64,000 bases of DNA from Isoptericola halotolerans (GTDB lineage Bacteria > Actinomycetota > Actinomycetes > Actinomycetales > Cellulomonadaceae), in assembly GCF_013149785.1 (NCBI RefSeq), contig NZ_JABEZU010000005.1, positions 62,001 through 126,000 of the forward strand. Direction: 5' to 3'. Positions 38,604-49,174 of the stretch are shown in pieces; positions within the stretch are counted from its first letter, which is position 1; each line of letters opens with the position of its first letter. The translations under genes and the position numbers were made by a program. A model generated the notes under the pieces. The model made no database searches, was not told where the DNA came from, and was given only the letters and a program-made list of their open reading frames with translations.

Positions 38604-39317
38604 TCAGGGCTCGGCGCGTACCTCTCGACGCGTCGAGGACTTGCCGGTCGGGACGGGAGCGCCGGTGCGGACCGGGCGCAGGCCCGTCCAGAGCAGGTAG
38701 CCGATCATCCAGAACTCACCGACGGTGGCGGGGACGACGATCAGCTGGGAGAGCAGGTCCGCGCCCGGGGCGAGAAGGCTCAGGAACGCGTCGGCGATGT
38801 ACCCGAGCCCGCCGACGAGGAGGATCGCGGCCATCGGGCGAGGCATGCCGGCCCGGCGGGCGAGCAGGCCCATCGGGATCAGCCACAGCCCGAAGAAGAG
38901 GGCACCCACGCCCCAGAGGTTGCCGGACAGCAGGTACATCAGCTGGCTGCCGGCCGGGTCCCCGGCGAGGGCGGCGTCGAGGGCGGCGCCCAGCGCGGCG
39001 GCGCTGGTCAGGATCGCGACGGCGTTGATGGTGCCGAACACCGCGAGCATCGCGGCCGCGAAGGAGTCCACGCGGCGGAAGAGGCGGAAGAACCACAGGG
39101 CGGTGAGCGTCTGGGCAGCCACGAGAGCGAGCTCGAGCGCGACGCCGAGCCGTGCGAGCGCCTCCTGGTCGACCAGGTTCGCGGCGGTGGTCGTCGCGTC
39201 GGTGGGGTCGAAGAGCATCGGGCGGATGATCAGGAAGGCCGGGATGCCGAAGACGGCGAGGGCGAGGTACAGCAGGCCGGTCGTGCGGGCCGTGGGCCGG
39301 GTGACGGACGGGTGCAT
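38604..39317 (-). CDS. DUF4386 membrane protein
   Basis: TAR..G.LYL, D...TAAN, FFGLWLIP.G.L, GEFW..GYLL..G. Confidence 0.82.
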   Translation of the reverse strand: MHPSVTRPTARTTGLLYLALAVFGIPAFLIIRPMLFDPTDATTTAANLVDQEALARLGVALELALVAAQTLTALWFFRLFRRVDSFAAAMLAVFGTINAVAILTSAAALGAALDAALAGDPAGSQLMYLLSGNLWGVGALFFGLWLIPMGLLARRAGMPRPMAAILLVGGLGYIADAFLSLLAPGADLLSQLIVVPATVGEFWMIGYLLWTGLRPVRTGAPVPTGKSSTRREVRAEP

Positions 39318-39336
39318 GGGAAGCCCCTCTCTGGGT

Positions 39337-39381
39337 CTTACGCCATAAGGCTTACGGCGTAAGGGAACCATACGACGTAAG
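39337..39381. promoter_or_regulatory. Three TetR operator units (CTTAC-N3-GTAAG)
   Basis: CTTACgccATAAG, CTTACggcGTAAG and CATACgacGTAAG between the divergent genes. Confidence 0.75.
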
Positions 39382-39408
39382 GTGGCCCGAGGGAAGAGGG
39401 GAGCACGG

Positions 39409-40152
39409 ATGGCCGCCACGAAGTCGGTGACCCGGGAGCGGGTGCTCGCCGCGGGGGTCGCCCTGGCCGACGCCGAAGGTCTCGGGGCGCTGACGATGCG
39501 CGGCGTGGCCACCGCGCTCGGCATCGAGGCGATGTCGCTCTACCACCATCTGCCCGGCAAGAAGGAAGAGCTTCTCGACGGGCTGATCGACGTCGTCGCC
39601 GCCGAGATGGCGACCCAGGTCGGCGCGGCGGCCGAGACGGTCGCAGACCCGTCCGACGGTGCGTGGGTCGCCGAGGTCAGGTCGCGCTGCCTCGCAGCCC
39701 GGGAGGTCATGCTGCGCCACCCGTGGATGCCCCGCCTGCTCGGGTCACGGACGACGATCCGGCCCGGGGTCTTCCAGCTCTACGAGGACGTGCTCGGGGT
39801 CATGGTCCGTGGGGGGTGCTCCTACCGGCTGGCCCACCGTGCGATGCACGCGCTGGGCAGCATGGTCCTCGGGTTCTCCCAGGAGCTCTTCGGTCCCGGC
39901 GGCGGCGGCGAAGACACCTCGGAGGCTGAGACGGAGGCCATGGCGGCGGCGCTGCCGTACACGTCGGCCATGGTCGCCGCCGAGCTCCACGACGCCACCG
40001 ACCCCATGCTCGGCTGGTGCGACAGCCAGACCGAGTTCGAGTTCACGCTGGGGCTGCTCCTGGACGGTCTGGAGCGGGCGCGACGCGCGGAGGCCGGCCG
40101 AGCGCCGGCCTCCGGAGAACCTCAGGCCTCGACGGGACCCAGCAGGGACTGA
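39409..40152 (+). CDS. TetR-family regulator with TetR_C domain
   Basis: LTMR.VA..LG.EAMSLYHH, RHPW, FEF.L.LLLDGL. Confidence 0.92.
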   Translation: MAATKSVTRERVLAAGVALADAEGLGALTMRGVATALGIEAMSLYHHLPGKKEELLDGLIDVVAAEMATQVGAAAETVADPSDGAWVAEVRSRCLAAREVMLRHPWMPRLLGSRTTIRPGVFQLYEDVLGVMVRGGCSYRLAHRAMHALGSMVLGFSQELFGPGGGGEDTSEAETEAMAAALPYTSAMVAAELHDATDPMLGWCDSQTEFEFTLGLLLDGLERARRAEAGRAPASGEPQASTGPSRD

Positions 40153-41312
40153 GCGACCAGTGCGTGCGCCGACTCGTCGTCGCTCGGGTGGAAGATGCCG
40201 GCCAGCACGTCGCGGTACAGGCGTCCGAGCTCGGAGCGGTTGAAGTACGTCGACCCGCCCGAGCAGCGGATCGCCTCGTCGACGACGTAGCGGGCGGTCT
40301 CGGTGGCGCGGACCTTGAGGCCCGCCGTGGCGCGGAACCAGCCGGCGCCGCGATCGGCTCGCCCGTCCGGCTCGCTGTCGATCTCCCCGGCGACCTGGTC
40401 GATCTGCAGCCAGACGCCGTCCATCGCGAGGGCTGCCGAGGCGATGCGCCGACGGATGTCCGGGTCCTGGGAGTACGTCGTGCCGCTCTTCATCGACGTA
40501 CGCCGGCCCACGGTCTCGACCGCGAGCGCCAGCGCGCGGTCGGCGATACCGGTGTACACCGAGGCCAGCAGCACCTCGAAGCTGGTGAAGATGCCCAGGA
40601 CGTAGGGGTCGAGGCTCGGCCCGGGGGCGATCCGACGCATCACGCGCTCGGCCGGGGCGTGGGCGCCGTCGAGCACCGTGGTGCACGACTGGGACGCCCG
40701 CATGCCGAGCGTGTCCCAGTCGTCCAGGATCTCGAACCCGCCCGCGTCGCGCGTGATGAACGCGTGCACGATGCGCGGGTCGTCCGGGTCGGTGGTGCTG
40801 TCCAGCCCCATGACGCCCAGGCGAGTCCAGCCGGGGGAGTTGGAGGTGAAGATCTTGCGGCCGTGGAAGGTAAAGCCGCCCGCGCCGTCGGGTCGCGCCT
40901 CGGTGCGCGAGCCCAGCAGCACCAGGTCGTTGCCCGCCTCGGAGTAGCCGAACCCGAAGACCTCGCCCGCCGCCGCCTCGGTGAGCAGCCAGTCGAGGGT
41001 GTCGTCCCCGCGCTCGTGCAGGTAGCGGGCGGCCCCCACCCAGACGTGATGCATGTTGACGGCCAGCGCCGTGGCCGGTGCGGCCCCGGCCAGCCGGGAC
41101 TGCTCGTGGACCGCCTCGCGCAGGGTGAGCCCTGCGCCTCCGAGCGGGGACGGCACCATCGCCCCGAGGTAGCCGGAGCCCGCCAGGTCGGCCAGGTCGT
41201 CGGCGAAGAAGCTGTTCTCCCGGTCGTGGATCGCGGCGCGGCCGCGGACGGTCGCGAGCAGGTCGTCCGACAGCAGGCGACGGTCGGTGAGGGAAGCGGG
41301 GTCGGCAGCCAT
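40122..41312 (-). CDS. Acyl-CoA dehydrogenase / flavin monooxygenase family protein
   Basis: ALAVNMH, SE.G.D, G.K.FTS, WD.LGMRASQS, L.RLYRDV.AG..HP. Confidence 0.88.
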   Translation of the reverse strand: MAADPASLTDRRLLSDDLLATVRGRAAIHDRENSFFADDLADLAGSGYLGAMVPSPLGGAGLTLREAVHEQSRLAGAAPATALAVNMHHVWVGAARYLHERGDDTLDWLLTEAAAGEVFGFGYSEAGNDLVLLGSRTEARPDGAGGFTFHGRKIFTSNSPGWTRLGVMGLDSTTDPDDPRIVHAFITRDAGGFEILDDWDTLGMRASQSCTTVLDGAHAPAERVMRRIAPGPSLDPYVLGIFTSFEVLLASVYTGIADRALALAVETVGRRTSMKSGTTYSQDPDIRRRIASAALAMDGVWLQIDQVAGEIDSEPDGRADRGAGWFRATAGLKVRATETARYVVDEAIRCSGGSTYFNRSELGRLYRDVLAGIFHPSDDESAHALVAQSLLGPVEA

Positions 41313-41431
41313 ACCGCGATTCAACCATCCGGACGGCGACGGCCCTCGGCGAGCATACCGGCCGGTCGGTCTTTCGGCTACGCTGGCCCCAGAGCGGTCG
41401 ACGTGGACCGCACCGACGAGAGGAGCCAACG

Positions 41432-43012
41432 TTGGCCATCCGCAGCCCCCAGGCAGACGTGGAGATCCCTGACGTCAGCCTGTACGACTTCCTGTTCGCC
41501 TCCCTGCAGGGTGCGGACCTCGAGCACCCCGCCCTCATCGACGGACCCAGCGGCGCGGTCACCACCTACGGCTCGCTCCGCGCCCAGGTCGACGCGATCG
41601 CCGGAGCCTTCGCAGCCCGCGGGCTCGGTGTCGGCGACGTGGTCGCCCTGCACAGCCCCAACGTCCCGGCGTTCGTCAGCGTCTTCCACGGCCTGCTCCG
41701 GGCCGGCGTCACCGTCACCACCATCAACGCACTGGCCTCCGGTCCGGAGGTCGGCAAGCAGATCAGCGCCTCCGGCGCCAAGTCGCTGGTGACCGTCTCA
41801 CCGCTGCTCGCGCAGGCCGTCGAGGGAGCAGAGGCCGCAGGACTGGACCCCGACGACGTCGTCGTGCTCGACGGCGCCGAGGGACACCCGGGCCTGCGCG
41901 ACCTCCTCGCCGCCGGTGCGCCCGCCCCCGAGGTCTCGTTCGACCCGGCCACCCACCTGGCCGTCCTGCCCTACTCCTCGGGCACCACCGGGCTGCCCAA
42001 GGGAGTGATGCTCACCCACCGGAACCTGGTCGCCAACGTCCTGCAGGCCGAGCCGTACATCCCGCTCACCCGCGACGACGTCATCCCGGCCGTGCTGCCG
42101 TTCTTCCACATCTACGGGGTCACCGCGCTGATGAACGGCGCGCTCTACCAGCGGTCGACCCTCGTGACCGTGCCGCGGTTCGACCTGCCGGAGTACCTCG
42201 GCCTGATCGAGAAGCACCGCGCCACGGTCCTCTTCGTCGCACCACCGATCGCGCTGGCACTGGCCAAGCACCCCCTCGCGCTGCAGGCGGACCTGTCCAG
42301 CGTCCGGCTCCTCAACTCGGGTGCCGCACCGTTCGACGCGCAGCTCGCGGCCCTCGTCGCGCAACGGCTTCCCGGAGCGCACGTGGGTCAGGGCTACGGG
42401 ATGAGCGAGCTGTCTCCTATCTCCCACGTCATCCCGACCGGCCGCACGGACATCTCGCCCGGCTCCATCGGGCTGCTGGTCGCGAACATGCAGGCCAAGA
42501 TCGTCGACCCGGCGACCGGGGAGGAGATCGAGCAGCCCGCCGAGGGGATGAGCGCACCGGGCGAGCTGCTCTGCGCCGGGCCGAACGTCATGGTCGGCTA
42601 CCTGGGCAACGAGCAGGAGACGCGGGACACCATCACCGGCGACGGGTTCCTGCACACCGGCGACATCGTCACCGTGGACGCCGACGGCGTGTTCTACGTC
42701 GTCGACCGGCTCAAGGAGCTCATCAAGTACAAGGGGTACCAGGTGCCTCCCGCCGAGCTCGAGGCCCTGCTCGTGGCGCACCCGGAGATCGCCGACGCCG
42801 CCGTCGTCGGGGTGCCGGACGGCGAGGGCGAAGAGCTGCCCAAGGCGTTCGTCGTCCTGGCCGAGGGTGCCGACCTGTCCGCGCAGGACGTCATGGAGTA
42901 CGTGGCCGCCAAGGTGGCCCCGTACAAGAAGATCCGGCTCGTGGAGTTCACGCACGCGATCCCCAAGTCCGCCGCGGGCAAGATCCTGCGCAAGGACCTC
43001 AAGACGGCGTGA
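41432..43012 (+). CDS. AMP-binding acyl/aryl-CoA ligase (4-coumarate--CoA ligase-like)
   Basis: YSSGTTGLPKGV, GYGMSE, TGD, VDRLKELIKYKG.QV.PAELE, GKILR; TTG start after AGGAG. Confidence 0.92.
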   Translation: MAIRSPQADVEIPDVSLYDFLFASLQGADLEHPALIDGPSGAVTTYGSLRAQVDAIAGAFAARGLGVGDVVALHSPNVPAFVSVFHGLLRAGVTVTTINALASGPEVGKQISASGAKSLVTVSPLLAQAVEGAEAAGLDPDDVVVLDGAEGHPGLRDLLAAGAPAPEVSFDPATHLAVLPYSSGTTGLPKGVMLTHRNLVANVLQAEPYIPLTRDDVIPAVLPFFHIYGVTALMNGALYQRSTLVTVPRFDLPEYLGLIEKHRATVLFVAPPIALALAKHPLALQADLSSVRLLNSGAAPFDAQLAALVAQRLPGAHVGQGYGMSELSPISHVIPTGRTDISPGSIGLLVANMQAKIVDPATGEEIEQPAEGMSAPGELLCAGPNVMVGYLGNEQETRDTITGDGFLHTGDIVTVDADGVFYVVDRLKELIKYKGYQVPPAELEALLVAHPEIADAAVVGVPDGEGEELPKAFVVLAEGADLSAQDVMEYVAAKVAPYKKIRLVEFTHAIPKSAAGKILRKDLKTA

Positions 43013-43078
43013 ACGGCTCCGTGCACGAGGGCGGGAGCGGTGGTCGGGGCAGGGGCCCGTTCCGGTAGGGTCGGGCCG

Positions 43079-44215
<1,137 letters not shown>

Positions 44216-44290
44216 CCGCACGGCGTCGCGCACGGCCTCGCCCGCCCGCCCGACGCCGCAGGTGTCGGTGCCCGGTGGCAGGGTCGTGCC

Positions 44291-44704
44291 ATGGACCAGA
44301 GACTCAGCCTGGTGACGCTGGTCGTCACCGACCTCGACGCGACGCGCCGCTTCTACCTCGACGGACTCGGGTGGGAGAGCTACCTGGACGTGTCCGGCGA
44401 GGTCCTCATGTTCCAGGTCGGGCCGCACCTCGTGCTCTCCCTGTGGGACGAGACAGCGGCGCTGGAGGAGATCGGGCCGGTCACGCGCGGGGGCACGCCT
44501 CCGATGACGCTGGCGCACAACGTCGCCGAGCCCGGACAGGTGGATACCGTGCTGGACGACGCCCGCCGGGCAGGTGCACCGACCGTCGGTGACGCCGTCG
44601 AGCGGGAGTGGGGCGGGTACTCGGGCTACTTCACCGATCCCGACGGCTTCCTGTGGGAGGTCGCGTACGCCCCGGGGGAGCTGGGTGAGCTCGTCGTCCC
44701 GTGA
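44291..44704 (+). CDS. VOC/glyoxalase family protein
   Basis: LVTL.V.DL...RRFY..GLGW, TLAHN, WGGYSGYF.DPDG.LWEVA. Confidence 0.9.
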   Translation: MDQRLSLVTLVVTDLDATRRFYLDGLGWESYLDVSGEVLMFQVGPHLVLSLWDETAALEEIGPVTRGGTPPMTLAHNVAEPGQVDTVLDDARRAGAPTVGDAVEREWGGYSGYFTDPDGFLWEVAYAPGELGELVVP

Positions 44705-44722
44705 CCGCCTCCTCGGGCCCCG

Positions 44723-45190
44723 TCAGGTGCACTCGGCGGTCGCGGGCACCTGCTCGACCGCCCGGGTCAGGTCGGTGATGAAGGACGTCGAGTGGTTCTC
44801 CGTGACCGCCGGCGGCACCGTGACCTCGACGGCGGGCTCGCGCCCGTACGTCGTGAACCGCCAGGTGCCGTCGTCCGCGCTCGCCACGATCCAGTCCACC
44901 GAGCCCTCCACCGAGTCGATGCGCTGGCAGTCCGCGGACGGCCCGGGCAGCGCCACCCCGCAGCGCAGCGTCACCGCTGCCCCCGGCTCGCCCCAGGCGG
45001 CCGTCGCCTGGGCGTTGGTGTTCGTCTTCTCCAGGTCGCCGGCGACGACGTCGGGCAGCGCGAGCATCACCGGGGCGCAGTCCGGGTTCGCGGCGTCGGC
45101 ACCCGCCTCGACGCCGATCATCGGTGTGCAGGCGACCAGCAGGGCGACGGCGGGCACGCAGGGCAACGCACGGAGGCGACGGAGACGCAC
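44723..45190 (-). CDS. DUF3515 lipoprotein
   Basis: Lipobox LVAC, AAWG.P..V.LRCGV, C......VDW, TTYGR.PAVEV; usual neighbour of ddl/thiL. Confidence 0.85.
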   Translation of the reverse strand: MRLRRLRALPCVPAVALLVACTPMIGVEAGADAANPDCAPVMLALPDVVAGDLEKTNTNAQATAAWGEPGAAVTLRCGVALPGPSADCQRIDSVEGSVDWIVASADDGTWRFTTYGREPAVEVTVPPAVTENHSTSFITDLTRAVEQVPATAECT

Positions 45191-45241
45191 GGGTTCACGG
45201 TACCTGCCCGCCGTGCGCCGTCGGCCGGTTAGGGTGCGGTC

Positions 45242-46279
45242 GTGACCGACCCCACCCCCCGCGTGCGCGACCTCGACGAGTCCGAGCTCCTGGCCCTCAT
45301 CTTCCCGCTCCTGCCCACGAGCGAGGGTGTCGACGTCGGCCCCGGCGACGACGCGGCGGTCGTCCGCGCGGGCGACGGCCGGGTGGTGGTCTCCACGGAC
45401 GTCCTCGTCGAGGGCCGGCACTTCCGGCGCGACTGGTCCACCGGGTATGACGTCGGACACCGCGCAGCCATGCAGAACCTCGCCGACATCGCGGCGATGG
45501 GTGCCCGGACCACGTCCATGGTGGTGTCCCTCGTCATGCCCGAGGACCTGCCCGTCGACTGGGTGACCGGCTTCGCGCGTGGCCTGGCCGACGCGGCGAC
45601 GCCGGCCGGCGCGGTGGTCGTGGGGGGAGACCTGTCCGGCGGCGACGCGGTCGTCGTCGCTGTCACCGTGCACGGTGACCTGCAGGGAAGGGCACCGGTG
45701 CTCCGGTCCGGTGCGCGCCCCGGGGACGTGGTCGCGCACGCCGGCGTGCTCGGCGCCTCGGCCGCCGGGCTGGCCCTGCTCACCGCGCACGCGGCCACCG
45801 CCGCCGACGGTGCACCCGGTGCACCCGGGCCGCTCGCCCCGTTCGTCGCCGCCTACCTGCGTCCGGGATCACCGCTCGCCGCCGGCCCGGCAGCCGCCGA
45901 CGGCGGGGCCACGGCCATGCTGGACGTCTCGGACGGGTTGGTGCGCGACGCCGGACGGATCGCGCGCGCCAGCGGAGTGAGCATCGACCTGTCCAGCGGG
46001 TCGTTGTCCCGCGACGTCGCCGCGCTCGTGCCCGCCGCCGTCGAGCTGGCGATCGCCACGGACGATGCCGCCGGGGCGCACGCGGCCCACGACTGGGTGC
46101 TCTCCGGAGGGGAGGACCACGGGCTGCTCGCGACCTTCCCCGCCCAGGTCGCGGACCGCGACCTCCCGCCGGGGTTCCGCGAGATCGGCCGTGTCGTGGC
46201 CGCCGACGACGGTCCGCAGGTGCTGCTGGACGGGGACCGTCCGGAGGTGTCGCCCGGCTGGGACCACTTCCGGTCCTGA
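45242..46279 (+). CDS. thiL: Thiamine-phosphate kinase
   Basis: GPGDDAAV, D.LVEG.HF, NL.D.AAMGA, GGDL, DVSDGL, GGEDH, GWDHF. Confidence 0.96.
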   Translation: MTDPTPRVRDLDESELLALIFPLLPTSEGVDVGPGDDAAVVRAGDGRVVVSTDVLVEGRHFRRDWSTGYDVGHRAAMQNLADIAAMGARTTSMVVSLVMPEDLPVDWVTGFARGLADAATPAGAVVVGGDLSGGDAVVVAVTVHGDLQGRAPVLRSGARPGDVVAHAGVLGASAAGLALLTAHAATAADGAPGAPGPLAPFVAAYLRPGSPLAAGPAAADGGATAMLDVSDGLVRDAGRIARASGVSIDLSSGSLSRDVAALVPAAVELAIATDDAAGAHAAHDWVLSGGEDHGLLATFPAQVADRDLPPGFREIGRVVAADDGPQVLLDGDRPEVSPGWDHFRS

Positions 46280-46284
46280 GCCGA

Positions 46285-46376
46285 CCCTGCGCTCGCAGGC
46301 TCGCTGCGGGTCAGCGCTCGGTCCTGCTGGTCGCGCCGGCCCTGCGCTCGCAGGCTCGCTGCGGGTCAGCGCTCGG
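46285..46376. repeat. 37-bp direct repeat (period 55), REP-like
   Basis: CCCTGCGCTCGCAGGCTCGCTGCGGGTCAGCGCTCGG at 46285 and 46340. Confidence 0.85.
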
Positions 46377-46893
46377 GCCCACGGGTGAAGCGGATCTCCG
46401 TGACCGGGACGTCCCCGTAGTCCTCGATCCGCTCGACGCCGTCGGGCTGGAAGCCGTGGCGGCGGTAGAAGTGGTGGGCGCGCTTGCTCTCGTCGAGCAC
46501 CCACAGGGTCATCCGAACGGTGGGTGGCACGTCGGCCAGCACGGTGCGCATGAGGTCGCGGGCCACGCCGCGGCCCCAGGCCTCCGGGTCGAGGTAGATG
46601 GCGTAGAGCTCCAGGCAGCCGTCCTCGGCGTCCTCGTCGCGGGACGGGCCGTAGCTGGCGAACCCGAGTGTCCGTCCGTCCGCCTCTGCGACGATCGTCG
46701 AACCCTCGTCCGAGGAGAGCGCACGCTGCCACTCCTGCGCCCGTTCGGTGACGTCGAGGGAGTCGAGGTACGAGGCGGGCAGCACGTGGGAGTAGGCGCC
46801 GCGCCAGGACGTGAGGTGCACCTGGGCGATCGCGGTGGCGTCCTCGGACGTCGCCGACCGGATCACCACGTCGTTGTCGGTCTCGACCATCAT
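46366..46893 (-). CDS. GNAT N-acetyltransferase
   Basis: IR.A...DA.AIA.VH..SW...Y, ELYAIYL.P.AWGRGVA, LWVL....A..FY.R.GF..DG. Confidence 0.9.
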   Translation of the reverse strand: MMVETDNDVVIRSATSEDATAIAQVHLTSWRGAYSHVLPASYLDSLDVTERAQEWQRALSSDEGSTIVAEADGRTLGFASYGPSRDEDAEDGCLELYAIYLDPEAWGRGVARDLMRTVLADVPPTVRMTLWVLDESKRAHHFYRRHGFQPDGVERIEDYGDVPVTEIRFTRGPER

Positions 46894-47018
46894 GCAGTCA
46901 GCCTGCCACGTCCACCGCTGATCGCCTAGAGGTATTGGTGAACACTTCACGAACCCTTTGCTTTGCCGAGCGGTGAGGTCGACCAGCGCGACCGGTGAGG
47001 GCATTCCGGGACGACAAG

Positions 47019-47046
47019 ACGCCCGCCGGGTGAACCCGACGGGCGT
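47019..47046 (-). terminator. Probable rpmB terminator
   Basis: ACGCCCGCCGGG-TGAA-CCCGACGGGCGT hairpin downstream of rpmB. Confidence 0.6.
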
Positions 47047-47082
47047 TCGTCAGTCGTGCGCCGTGCGGCGCACGACGCTGGC

Positions 47083-47274
47083 TCAGGCCTTGCGCTCGAC
47101 CTTGCCGGCCTTGAGGCACGAGGTGCACACGTTCACGCGCTTGGGGGTGCCCGCGACGACGGCACGCACGCGCTGGATGTTCGGGTTCCAGCGCCGCTTG
47201 GTCCGGATGTGGGAGTGCGAGACGCTGTGCCCGAAGCCCGGGCCCTTGCCGCAGACGTCGCAGTTGGCAGCCAC
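47083..47274 (-). CDS. rpmB: 50S ribosomal protein L28 (Zn-ribbon type)
   Basis: MAANCDVCGKGPGFGHSVSHSH.RTKRRWNPNIQ...CTSCLKAGKV. Confidence 0.97.
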   Translation of the reverse strand: MAANCDVCGKGPGFGHSVSHSHIRTKRRWNPNIQRVRAVVAGTPKRVNVCTSCLKAGKVERKA

Positions 47275-47440
47275 GGTTTCTCCTGAATCGTCGTGCACGT
47301 CTCGTGCCATGGCAGCGAGACGTGAGGTTCTTGATGGTCTGGGGGCGCCCGGAACACCGGGCAACCACACGAGGATAGCCGATGTCGAGGCCGGCCCTCA
47401 ACAGCGCCGGCGTCGGGTTCGTCACCGCTACGGTGGTGGC

Positions 47441-49174
47441 GTGCATCAGCCCGAGCTCCTCGACGCCTCCGTCGTCCGCGTGTGGGCGCGTGTCGCCACC
47501 GATGCGCTCGCCCGGGCCCGCTCGGAGCTGGACGGGGTCAACGTCTTCCCCGTGGCCGACGGGGACACCGGTACCAACATGTATCTCACCCTGCGAGAGG
47601 CCGCCGCCGCCATCCACGACGCGGACGCCGGGGCGGGCGGGGCCAGGCTGCTCCGGCTGGGCGCGCGTGCCGCGCTGCTCCAGGCGCGCGGGAACTCGGG
47701 CGTGATCCTCAGCGAGTGGTTGCGCGGGCTGGCCCTCGCGGCGAGCCGTCGGGACCGCCTCGGGGTGGGGCTCGACGTCGCTGCACGATCGGCTCGCCAG
47801 GCGGTCGCCCACCCGGCGGCCGGCACGATCCTCACCGCGGCGGACTCCGCAGCAGCGGCAGCCCGCCACGCCGAGGCGGGGGGCATGGTCGGCCCGCTCG
47901 GCGCACCCGCCCGCCTCACGGTCCTCGACGCCGCTCGTCGCGGTGCCCGGGAGGCGGCGCTGCGCAGCGTCGGCACGCTCGCCCCGCTCCGGGCTGCCGG
48001 CGTGCTCGACGCCGGGGCCTGCGGGCTGCTGCTCGTCCTGGCCTCGCTCGCCGAGGCCCAGCGGCACGCCGTCGTGACCGACGCCGTCGTGTCGGAGGCG
48101 GGAGGCAGGATCGAGCCCGTGCTGCTCGACCTGGACCTGCGCGGCTACACGCCGCTCGACACCACCGAGGACGCCGCGCCCGCGGAGCCGGCCGAGCACG
48201 AGCACGCCGACGGGCTGAGCGACGAGGTGGAGCTGATGTTCGTCCTGCACCGTGCAGCGGCCGCCGCGGGGTTCCGTCCCGGCGCGGTGGCGGACGCCCT
48301 GCGGGCCGACCTCGACGAGGTGGGCAACTCGGTCGTCGTCGTCGGTGGCGGCACGGGTGACGCGACCGGGGAGGACGTCGAGTCCCTCTGGCAGGCGCAC
48401 GTGCACACCCCGGACCTCGACGCCGCGCTGCACGTCACCCGCCGGTGGGCGGGACGGGGCGCCGTCTCGCGCGTCCATGTCCGCCACCTGGCCGTGCCAC
48501 CCGCCGACTGGGCGGTGGTGACCACCACGTCGGCCCCTGCGCTGGCGGCGGAGCTCGCCTCGAGCGGGGCGGTGGTCCTCCTCGACCTCGACGTGCCGCC
48601 GACGCCGGAGGACATCGCGCACGGCGTCGTGGGCGCGGGCACGCCCCACGTGCTCGTCCTCGCCCCGGCGTCGGTGCTCGCCGGGACCGACCTGAACGAG
48701 CTCGTCATGACCCTCACCGGGAGCGACGCCACCGTCCAGGGCTCCGTGAGGCCGCCGGACGTCGTCGTCGTGCCGGCCGAGGACGACGTGCACCTGGTCG
48801 CCGCGGTCTCGGCGCTCGCCGGAGCGGTCGACGCGGCCGGGACCGGGCCCACGGACGTGCCGAGCGTGGTGCGGTCCGCGCTCGTCCGGCTGCGGGCGGC
48901 GCGGGTCCCGGCGGGGCACGCGGTCGAGGAGCTGGCGCGTCTCGTGGCCACGCTCGACGACGCACCCGGCATCGTCGCGGTACTGCCTGACCTGGACGTG
49001 CCCGAGCCGGCGGTCGACGCGCTCGTGGTGGAGGCCGAGGCGCTCGCCGTGGGTGCCGACGTCGTGGTGCTGCCCACCGGCCGGCCGGGCGGTCAGGTCG
49101 GCCTCGGCGTCGAGCCGCTGGAGGAGCTCGGCGACGAGAGCGCGATCGGGGCCCTCAGGGGAGAGGGCTGGTGA
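47441..49174 (+). CDS. DAK2-domain (fatty acid kinase FakA-like) protein
   Basis: NVFPV.DGDTGTNM, ARGNSGVILS, GTILT, DAGA.G, HVHT; between rpmB and recG. Confidence 0.88.
   Translation: MHQPELLDASVVRVWARVATDALARARSELDGVNVFPVADGDTGTNMYLTLREAAAAIHDADAGAGGARLLRLGARAALLQARGNSGVILSEWLRGLALAASRRDRLGVGLDVAARSARQAVAHPAAGTILTAADSAAAAARHAEAGGMVGPLGAPARLTVLDAARRGAREAALRSVGTLAPLRAAGVLDAGACGLLLVLASLAEAQRHAVVTDAVVSEAGGRIEPVLLDLDLRGYTPLDTTEDAAPAEPAEHEHADGLSDEVELMFVLHRAAAAAGFRPGAVADALRADLDEVGNSVVVVGGGTGDATGEDVESLWQAHVHTPDLDAALHVTRRWAGRGAVSRVHVRHLAVPPADWAVVTTTSAPALAAELASSGAVVLLDLDVPPTPEDIAHGVVGAGTPHVLVLAPASVLAGTDLNELVMTLTGSDATVQGSVRPPDVVVVPAEDDVHLVAAVSALAGAVDAAGTGPTDVPSVVRSALVRLRAARVPAGHAVEELARLVATLDDAPGIVAVLPDLDVPEPAVDALVVEAEALAVGADVVVLPTGRPGGQVGLGVEPLEELGDESAIGALRGEGW

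Noticed and set aside
46285..46376. 37-bp repeat as a mini CRISPR array
   Set aside because: Only two copies, an 18-nt gap, overlap with a stop codon, and no cas genes.
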